DNA of 61,623 nt, counting the filler, from Choristocarpus tenellus KU-1152 (Eukaryota > Protista > Phaeophyceae): assembly GCA_964200185.2 (NCBI GenBank). It is 10 parts of 10 records of this genome, joined end to end, with 100 filler letters (N's around TTAATTAATTAA, not from the genome) between each part and the next. Parts side by side here need not be neighbours in the genome. Positions count along the whole stretch, not along the records: positions 49,402 to 52,712 come from CAXNAD020020885.1; positions 52,813 to 55,909 come from CAXNAD020022341.1; positions 56,010 to 61,623 come from CAXNAD020010246.1; 7 more parts are not named here. One strand, written 5' to 3'. Position 1 is the first letter of the stretch; every line of letters begins with the position of its first letter. The notes beneath the pieces were generated by a model. The model did no database searches. It saw only the letters and a list, made by a program, of their open reading frames with translations, and was not told where the DNA came from. This document shows positions 52,636 through 61,623 of the stretch, piece after piece. The translations under genes and the position numbers were made by a program.

Positions 52636-52712
52636 GACCCAAAGTATCTGGGAGGGGGGGCGGGATCTAGACCAGGGTGTCCATTTGGATCAAAATCAGG
52701 AAAAGTGCATTT
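52636..52712 (+). mobile_element. MITE family A left end at contig end
   Basis: GACCCAAAGTATCTGGG...CCAGGGTGTCCATTTGGATCAAAATCAGGAAAAGTGCA. Confidence 0.8.
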
Positions 52713-52812
52713 NNNNNNNNNNNNNNNNNNNNNNNNNNNNNNNNNNNNNNNNNNNNTTAATTAATTAANNNNNNNNNNNNNNNNNNNNNNNNNNNNNNNN
52801 NNNNNNNNNNNN

Positions 52813-52875
52813 GAAGCCAAGCCCCACAAATGGACAAACAGGGAAAAATTCGTACCCTCTAAGATAGTTTCACTC
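52813..52875 (-). mobile_element. MITE family B left end, adjoining the Gypsy integrase
   Basis: Reverse complement GAGTGAAACTATCTTAGAGGGTACGAATTTTTCCCTGTTTGTCCATTTGTGGGGCTTGGCTTC matches 9125 and 44987. Confidence 0.82.
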
Positions 52876-55330
52876 CGTCAGAGATATATTTTGGTGGCCG
52901 ACCTTACATAAAGATGTTAGGAAGTGGTGTGAAACTTACCAGTCATGTCAAAGACGGAAGACCACTCACACTCCTACCTACAGGACGTATGCCGGTTACA
53001 CATCCGTTTCAACGGCTTGCTATTGATCTAGCTAAATATAAGACCAAGTCAGACAGTGCAAAATATGTATTATCCGCCGTAGACCATCTTACAAGATTCG
53101 CTATCTTGGTTGGCATTGCAAATATGCAAGAAAAAACTTTGGCTAAAGCTCTTGTGTCGATCATCTCTTTTCCATCATTGGTCCTCCTGAAACACTCCAC
53201 TCTGACCAAGGCAAAGAATCTGACAGTAAACTCCTGGCTGAGTTGCGTAAAGTGTATGAGTATCATAAAACCAAGGCAACGGTATATCGACCTCAAGGCA
53301 ATAGCATATGTGAACGAATGCATTCCACGATGCATGATATGCTGACCATGTGTTCGAATATGAACCAATCTAGCTGGGTTTCATTACTGCCCTTTGTACA
53401 GCTAGCACACAATAGAGCCTATTATACCATTGTTCACGAAAGCTCCTTTTTTTCTCATGTTTGGAAGGCGTCCAATTTTACCAATTCATCTTATTTTGGG
53501 GGTCCCCGAGGCCACCCCCATAACCGTACAAGAATACAGTACAAGAACATGGGAAAGTTTACAGCTAGCTTACGAACTGGCCGGGCACAATATTGGAGAG
53601 ATGGCACTGAAGAACGAATCAAAGAATGTAAACCATAAACTCCGACCATATGAACCCGGAGATGAAGTGTGGCTTCACAAATGACATACTTCTGCTGATG
53701 CACCGAACCCCAAGTTATTGTCCCCATGGAAAGGATCTTATACAGCCAATTACTGGGTCTTACAATGTAGAGAGCATTGTTGACCATCAGTGAGGTGTAG
53801 GAAGAAAGATCGCTCGCAACTATTTATACCAGCTTCGCCTTCAAGGATATTCACTGGCCAGTGATGTATGGTGCAAACACGCTGAAATACCTGAATGTGC
53901 AGAGATAATAGCGGCCTATAGGGGAGAGAACAAGTTGGACCTCCCTAACGTAAGAGTCACTGACCAAGCGACTTCTCATGAAAGAGAGGCCCTTGCAACA
54001 GCCGAAGAACTGGAATCACCACCAACCAGACATCCACCTACAAGCAACCATGTTACAGCGTGCCCCCCAGAACTCACCTCCGTAGGATATTCAACTCAAA
54101 TCCAACGACCTTAAAACGACGCTACGCAGGGGTTCACAGATGATGACCATGTATGGTGTCAGTTGATGCTTAGCTCAGTCAATGTCTCACTTTTCGCTTT
54201 ATCAAAAGAGGGTAAGAATCAAAGAACTGAGTCGTGGTCAACGACTCAGCCTTTTATTAACATTATTCACCGTTTTTCTACTGCCAAAGAGTTAAATGAC
54301 GAGTGCAAACTGCTGTATAAGTACCCCAATCATAAATCTTTATTCTACAACTTTACGGAATTGACATCTATTCTGCAAGGTTATGTATGCATTTCGAATC
54401 TTAGTCTGCACTTCTATCAATTCAAACTTCCTCTTATATGGATTCTTACGTATGTATACTGTTCGCGCATTTGGCACGCAGAAAGAAATGCTCGCGCTAT
54501 TCGCCTGTAACAACCCAGCCTTCTCTGATACTTATGACATCCCTCCTTGTGGACCAGAAAGTGCAATGAATGCCTCTATACTACTGGGCTGCCGACCTGG
54601 TGAGTTACCACCAGATTCCACAGATAGGAATATATTTCTTTTTCGCTACCAAAATAGCGGAAGTGAGGCCAATAAATTCTTGAACACCATACCATGGCTC
54701 AGTCTAGGTGGTATTTCGAGCTTATCTATCTGACAACTGGGGTCTTGTGGGGTAGAAAGATAGCTCTTATCCGGACACACAGACACAGATTGGTCCACTA
54801 TCTGTGAGAAGGATGGATATTATTCAAAGTAGTATTCAACATGTATTAAAAAAATTACAAAAAACACACAATTGCGCATACAACAAATATTTCAAGTCCA
54901 ACTTTCGGGTTGTCCAAGCACCTTAGAGGCAAGTTGTTGTACAAAGTGTGACAGTAGGAGATGATGAGTTTTCCAATCACACTTGACACTATCCCCACAA
55001 CACTCCCCAATAGATTAACTTGATGTACCAAAGGTGTGGCGATACTGAGCTTCATCCACTCAGATCCATGGGGGCACCTAGGAAACAGGCAGGTCAACAC
55101 CAATATTCTCACTTTGCTTTCCACCCGTAAACACAGATTTTCTCTTGGACTAGAGTGCGACTAGGGCTGATCACCATTAGTGCTCCACCTTTTATTTTTT
55201 TTTATTTTCCCTGTGTTGATTCAACCAGGATGTTTCTTTATTTTGTTTCCTCCCAAAGACGGACCTGTCCTACGTGAAGTGCTGACCAGTCACTCTTATG
55301 TTCGTGTCAGATGGAATCCACACTGGGGGG
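52876..55330 (+). mobile_element. Decayed Ty3/Gypsy LTR retrotransposon: integrase (Zn finger end, DDE core, GPY-like) plus chromodomain and 3' region
   Basis: WPTLHKDVRKWC, PFQRLAIDL, YVLSAVDHLTRFA, PETLHSDQG, YRPQGNSICERMH, FLMFGR, PKLLSPWKGSY across frameshifts. Chromodomain YNVESIVDH...YLYQLRLQGYSLASDVW at 53761-53937. Confidence 0.92.
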
Positions 55331-56213
55331 GGTGTAGTGTCAGTGACAGATTCCTTTTTTGGGATCTCCCACACACACATTTTGAGGATATGGCGCGTGG
55401 CCATATGCATATGGGCACGCCAACCACATCATTGACACTTGCCCATATCGACAAGTCCACAAAAAAAGACACATCCGTAAGATCTGGATTTGACCAAACA
55501 GTGAGAAGGACTGTCAGAACGAAGATTCTTTCCGATTCTGATTGATCCACTTCCCTGCTGTGACGTTGCTCAGTCATTCTGTGACATTTGTTTTGCAGTA
55601 AGGGTTTGGTTATTTTCTGAATCTCCTCAACTGACTTAAAGATGCTGGTCCAAGACCTGTGAAACTCAGTCCTGCCCTCTGTCGTGGAAGAGTTCAGTCT
55701 GGTGATTGTGATTGCCCCCTTTTGCAGAGAGTCTTGAGTTAAAGTATCCCCAAAATCATCAAAGAGGATAAAGGTGATAAACCCAGCGAGATGAACAAAC
55801 AGATTGAACATCGAATGGTGAATCACCTGCTTTGGGATTGGGGAGACCCTCAGAACAAGGGTCTGCATTAAGCCCCCCCCCCCCTTTCGCAAAGCAGGGG
55901 CAACCTCTCNNNNNNNNNNNNNNNNNNNNNNNNNNNNNNNNNNNNNNNNNNNNTTAATTAATTAANNNNNNNNNNNNNNNNNNNNNNNNNNNNNNNNNNN
56001 NNNNNNNNNTTTATACCTCAAAAGTGACTTGTGTGTTCGGGGTGGCGGTTTTTTAGTAGTTGTTCTCTCCCTATTTATGTATAATCAATTTTTTTTTTTC
56101 CCCCCCCCCCCCCCCCCCCCCCCCCCTCGGTGTCGATCTCAGTCAATGTTTTCACTAACGGGCTTCACAGCCCTTACCTATTACAAAAACTGTTCACATC
56201 GCGGCCTGTCGCC

Positions 56214-58703
56214 ATGCTCGCTTCCACACTTGGTGAGACAGCACAATCAGTTACTTAACAACGCAAAAAAAATCCGAAAAACACTTAGGGAGCTTCCGAA
56301 ACATGTCTGGGGTTGCTGGAGCACTGGATGCTGTGACTTCCGACATTCCCCTAAAAGAGGCAGTGCGCTACAAGAAGGGAAACCTCAAGTGGACACGCTC
56401 TGATGTCAAGAAACACACTGAGGCTCTTGCCTGCGGTCTGCTTGAGCTGGGCTGCAAGGCGAGTGGGTGATGTGTTACGGATTAAAGTTGTGAATGGGAC
56501 CTAAAGAGGGGAAGAAGGGGGGTTGAGAGGAGATACTCCAAGATGCTCTTCAAATCTATTTGGTCTATGTTTCGCTGACATTTTTGCAGTGAGACAGGAA
56601 TCAAGAATTGCTGATACAGCAGTTTCATTTCTAGTTGCGAATTTGTGCAGATATGTGATCAATTAATGCGCCGCCTTCCTTCAATTATTTTACGCCCTAT
56701 TCTTTCCAGCCTCCACATCCTACCCTGAGAATCCTAGGTCACTTGACTTGGTAATCAATTTCCTACCAACCCTGAACAGCCTTCCCCTTCCCCCCCCCTA
56801 CCCCTGAACTGCACCAGCCTGGTGATACTGTGGCAGTGTGGCTCCCAGAGTGCTCAGAGAAGCACATTGCACAGCTAGCTGCAGCAAGGGTTGGCATGGT
56901 GGTAGCTGAGGTCGACCCAACACTGACCTCTGCAGATGCTGTTGGGAAGGTTCTTGAAGAGTCGGGTGCTACAGTAAGTGGAACAAGGACAGCTGGCAGA
57001 AGATGTCAAGCTCTGGGGGGGAGGGGTTACCATGTCATATTGGCCGATGGCTCGGTGATGTTCATTGTGGTTGGCAACAACTGTATGCCCTCGGCATGAC
57101 GCGAGATTCTTGTGACCCAATTTGGATGAGGGCATTCACAGTGTTGCTGTTGTGTGTAACTATCACTTTGATTGGACACTGTTCAATGATAAATGTACTG
57201 TGACATTGGTAGAAGTGTGTGACTAGTTGCGTTGTGGCTTGAAAAGAGTCGTGCTACATGCCTACGTCATTTGGGATATCTCCTTTGGTGGCCTACACAA
57301 GTTGCCATTTTGTATTTTGTTTGGTGGGGGCTAATATATTGGTTTGTGGTTATGTTACGATAGCAAGAAGCTGTCAACAGCATTTTAGGTCACAAATCGT
57401 ACCTGGAGAACCACTTTTCTTGCTGGCAGAGATATGGGATTTGTTGAAATATTTGTCAACCGACCAAAAATATTCACATTGGGGTTTTTATTGCCAACAA
57501 GAGAACACAGCAGTTGCAAGGTCTGTCTGAGCGGTGTGTGATGCCATCTCTACTCACTTTGCTGTTAGAGCTTGCTTTACTTGAGAGGCTCAGCCCTGAC
57601 ACGAGCAGGAAAATTCATCCATCCTCAGTCTCTCCATTGCACTTACCATCTCCATGCTCAGCACCCAAACAACTGCCCCAAAAATTTCCTTCCCATCTTT
57701 TTCTTTATTGTGCAGGTTGTCCTGCTAGAAGACAAGATGATATCATCCCTCTCTGAGGCTGTTCCTGAACTTCGTCATTACAGCACCTCCTCCGGTCTTC
57801 CCTTTCGCTCAGCACGATTCCCAGCTCTACGTCTGTGCCTCCACACAGGTTTTGACCGTGAGCCTGCCCTGCATAACTTCCGGAGTGTTCTCCTGTACCA
57901 GCCCTCTCCATCACCACTGACACTTGTTGACGGCAAGGTGATTTTCTTACTTGCAGAATGCTTGTTGTAGCTATCCCTCAATCATCGATAGTCCTTCTAT
58001 GGGTGGATTTTGATCCTGCCTTGGGTGTTTTGGAGAGGTTGAAGGGCGTGTGTTTGTGTTGCGTGGTAGTGAAAAAGACGTATTTTTTTCCAGGGGTTAG
58101 GGATGGATATTGAACGCGCTTTTTTTTATTGGTTGTTGTTACGGCAGGAGAGTTGAAAAGGTTTTCATTTGTACATTTTTTTTAAGTCGAAGGTGCATAT
58201 CACCGTTATAGAACCAGGAATGGTGAAAGGAAAATTGGGGTGAAAACAGATGCTCGTTTGTACTACATTTTGAAGGTGGGGTTAATGTGTTTCATCACAA
58301 TCAAAAGGCCTGTTATCCAGGGTGTGTTGATGCCACAAATCAACCTACTCTAACAAAAGCTGGTGCAATAATCACTTTCCCTTCCTTCTCCCTACATATA
58401 GTTGCCTTGCCGTCTCATTCAACACTCTATCTCATCGCACAACATAACAACCCAAGACAAAGGCAGTCTAGTGTTAGCGCTCATGATGCTGTTCCTGTTC
58501 CTGTCACACCCCTCTAACCTCCCCCATTCATCACTGCTGCTCCCTCGCAGGTGAAGGGAAATTTGCCGTTGTTCACAGAGTACACGGCTGGGAAGGGAGG
58601 AGTCCCCATAAAGGGGGCCACCCTCTCACAGAATGAGGTGTTGGAGACGGGCAAGTGGGAGACGGTTGGTGCCATCTTGTCCAAGACGTACACTGAAGTC
58701 TAA
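56214..58703 (+). CDS. Short (239 aa) AMP-binding / acyl-CoA-synthetase N-terminal-domain protein, predicted mitochondrial
   Basis: Exons 56214-56232, 56289-56458 (GC donor), 56818-56973, 57716-57937, 58551-58703 total 720 nt in phase. KWTRSDV..HTEALACGLLELGCK|PGDTVAVWLP..QLAAARVG, FPALR, and a degenerate YTAGKGGVPIKGATLS shortly before the stop. Confidence 0.85.
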
Positions 58704-60996
58704 CAAACTGGCATTATTTAGGTAGATGTTTTGGTGGTGTTGATGAGACATCAAGAGAGGCAGTGGTACCTGTTGTAGGAGTGTCGAAGCACTCCTGCTG
58801 ATAACAGCTGATGAGTAGTGCTGATAAGCTTTTTCTTTCCATAGGCTAGCTCAAAAGGCTTGTCTTCTTTGTCACTGTACTACCTGGTCTGCGGAGGTAG
58901 GGGTTGGTGATATTGGTGCATCACATTGTAGTCTCACCCGTCACTTCCGGATGTCCTTGCAGCCCTTCGATTTCCACATCTTGATGACCTGCTTTCCAAC
59001 TTTCCAGGCCTGGCATGACCAGTGTTCTCTTGCAGAGTATTGGGGAGTTTGCCCTGATGGTAGTGAGGATGGGATGTGTAGGGGAAGGGGTAGGCAGGGG
59101 AGGAGGACATGGGTGAGAGTGGAAGCTCAAGGCAACAAGAGTAGGTCGGGTTGAAAGCTGGGGGAGGAGGAGCGTTTGCAGTAGGAACCAGGCTGATTTC
59201 AGTTTGGGATGGAGAGGGATGGTAGGTGTCTTAAAAGACCTCCATGCTGGGACACAAAGCCTTGAGGTGTTTGTGAAAGGGGGGAGCTTTCACTTTCCCA
59301 GGATTTGCTCCGCTTGCCAGTAGTGTTGACCACTGCTTTGTGGGTGGTATTAGTTTCAAGGTTGAGAGGTCATGTCCTGTGATGCACTATTGTAGCTGGA
59401 TATTTTATTGAGCTCGGGAAAACTACTGTTGATCTATGATTTTTTGACCCATGGTTCACAAGGTGGCTGGTTGTTTTTGGTTTATTTCTTTTGTTTTATG
59501 CAGTCAGTTACTGTGTTGTCTCTCAGATTGCAATGGACGGCTGGTTTGGCTTGTTGGAGGTTGGGCATGGTCAACCAGGGGATAAAGTAGTAAGTTCAAA
59601 GAAGTGATGAGTCACCGTTTGGAGGACCAAATTGAAATATAAACTTCAAGGACATTGAAACATGCACAATATTGGTACATAGACTGCAATTTGGCACAGA
59701 TGTTACACAGTACCTCAAGTATGTGCAGATATCCAGAGGTCTGTAGTTGAGACCATTCCATTTAGCATTAGCAGCATTTGTACAGGAGGAAGCGGTCACC
59801 ACTGGTAACAGCACTCATAGGTGATCTGGTAACAGCAAGTCGGTTCTCACTGGTGATACCCAAGGTCGTCAGGAGAGTGATTGTTTCCTTCTCACCTCCA
59901 GATCCCAACCTGTTGACCAATATACACAACTGAGCCGTGTTTGGAGGAAGCATCAGTATTCAATTGTGTCACCTTTGATTCACACTATTTCTGAATCTTC
60001 GCCACTGGGCATGGATGGGATTCAGGGTGAATACTGCAGGGGTCCCGTAAAAAATGAAAAAAAAATGAACACCTACCTCTGCTGTTATGAATCATCTCAG
60101 TCAGAAGAAACGTAGTAGTAGTATCAACGGCCACAAATCTGTGGTCCAGGGAAACATAATTATTGGGGGAGGGGTGTATAACAACTCACCAAGATGTTTA
60201 TTGAACGTTTCCCAAACAACTATTGGTTTATTTGGTGACAGAACAAGCCAGATACATTTTGAGATTTTGAAGGTTTCGCTTTCTTTGTGGTGGTACACCT
60301 CAGACTTCCACAGCTTCGTGAATAACCCGTTTCATGACAAAGGTCAGCCATTGACTATGATTGATCCGTGCTTGAAACATGAGTGCTTCAACCAGTCCAC
60401 CTCCAGCCTGATTTCATATACATCCAGTAGGGAACTTGATCATGTCGTCAGCAACTTGAGAATGTACACAACTTCCTCTTTCAGGACAACCCAGAATGGT
60501 TTCCCCTTTTGGGTCTTGTTAAACTAAGTCCACAATGTGCTAGTTATGCAGCCGATTGGTTACATGGAGCATCCGGAGTTGCGCCGTAATATTATTTATA
60601 TTTAATTACTGCCACTACTCTGCTAAAGGGAGACATATCGTGGCGTCTCACAAGAGGGCCGTAATGGATTCAGGGAACACCAAAATAGTGCTGTTTTGCC
60701 ACAAGGAGAGGAACATAACATAGACTGCATTTCATTCGTACCATTAATTAATTGAGTAATATAATACAGAGCAGTTCATTTTCAAACTCTTTTGGTACGT
60801 CAGAACACCTTCTTGTAGACGATACATGAAGATTCACCCAATGTTGACGGGTTTGTCGTATCCTGTTTCTTTCTACAACTACTATAATACTGACTATACA
60901 CATGTTTTTTTCTTTATATTCCCTCCACGACATCTACCTACTCGTATTATTTAGTAGTATTTGAATTATCTGGAAAATTTCCATGGCATAGTATTA

Positions 60997-61623
60997 GGAA
61001 AGTTTATGAAGTAATCTGAGTTTTGTGGGCGGGAGAATTCTGGTGGTAATGAGGTACAGGGGAGGGAGAGACGAGGAAGGAAAAAGAAAAAGAAGAAGCA
61101 GTCAAGTTGTGAACGAAGAGTTAAGTACTGAGTGGTTAGGAGGTAGAAGAGGCAGGAGAGAAGTTAAAGAAGTAGTTGGTAGGTGGAGGCACAAGTTAAG
61201 AAGGAATGGTCAGTATGAAAGGAAAACCGAGGGGTGGTGGTAAAAGACGAGGAGGGCTAGAACAGGACAACCTCCGAGCAAGCTCTCCTGCCCACCCACC
61301 CTGTCGATTGCTCACGACTGATCGGGATGCTGGGTAAAGGGAGGGGAGGTCAAGTTCGGGCAGGGTAGATGTCTTCTAGTTCAAAGGCACGGTATGAAAT
61401 GGATGATGAAGGGGTGTTCTTGGATTATTGTGGAGTGGTGTTGAGTGGTGTGGGGGAGTAGCAAGTGGTGTGGGGTTGAGTGCGGTTGAATGGGGTTGAA
61501 GGGTGGGGTGGAGACAGGAAATCAGTGGTGAAGGGGTCGCACTGGTTGGTCATCAGATGTGGGGGGTAATGGGAAATCAGTGTCGACGGGGGTTCACACT
61601 GGTTGGTGATCACAAGGGGGGGG
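60997..61623 (+). repeat. Second copy of the dispersed repeat/57-bp satellite family
   Basis: Collinear with 12502-13150 (ACAACCTCCGAGCAAG, GAGGTCAAGTTCGGGC, GGAAATCAGTG...TGGTTGGTCATCAGATGTGGGGGG). Confidence 0.9.

Noticed and set aside
58775-58798. Hairpin GTAGGAGTG-TCGAAG-CACTCCTGC as a terminator or Helitron end
   Set aside because: Short stem, eukaryotic context, no U-tract and no CTRR after it; could be chance.

Overview
Eukaryotic, intron-rich, repeat-rich genomic DNA. It is probably a stramenopile alga, inferred from gene content and TTAGGG repeats. The window is not contiguous: ten contigs are joined by nine identical 100-nt artificial spacers (N44-TTAATTAATTAA-N44). Seven spliced genes were reconstructed by hand with consistent reading-frame phases: a signal-peptide Venus-flytrap (ANF_receptor) protein (5' part), CCT3 (9 internal exons), the TRRAP/Tra1 C-terminus, the FBPase-2 C-terminus of a PFKFB-type enzyme, an acidic repeat protein, a CS/p23 (NudC-like) protein, and an apparently complete 239-aa half-length adenylate-forming-domain protein with a mitochondrial-type presequence. 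Also present: a decayed tRNA-Asp, two or three MITE subfamilies sharing one TIR core with apparent 4-bp TSDs, two copies of a decayed chromodomain Ty3/Gypsy element, other transposon relics and many minisatellites. The most striking signal is a dense scatter of short (TTAGGG)n tracts. One is flanked by a perfect 15-bp duplication and one sits inside a minisatellite unit whose empty site is visible next to it, suggesting frequent telomerase-like insertion at internal breaks.
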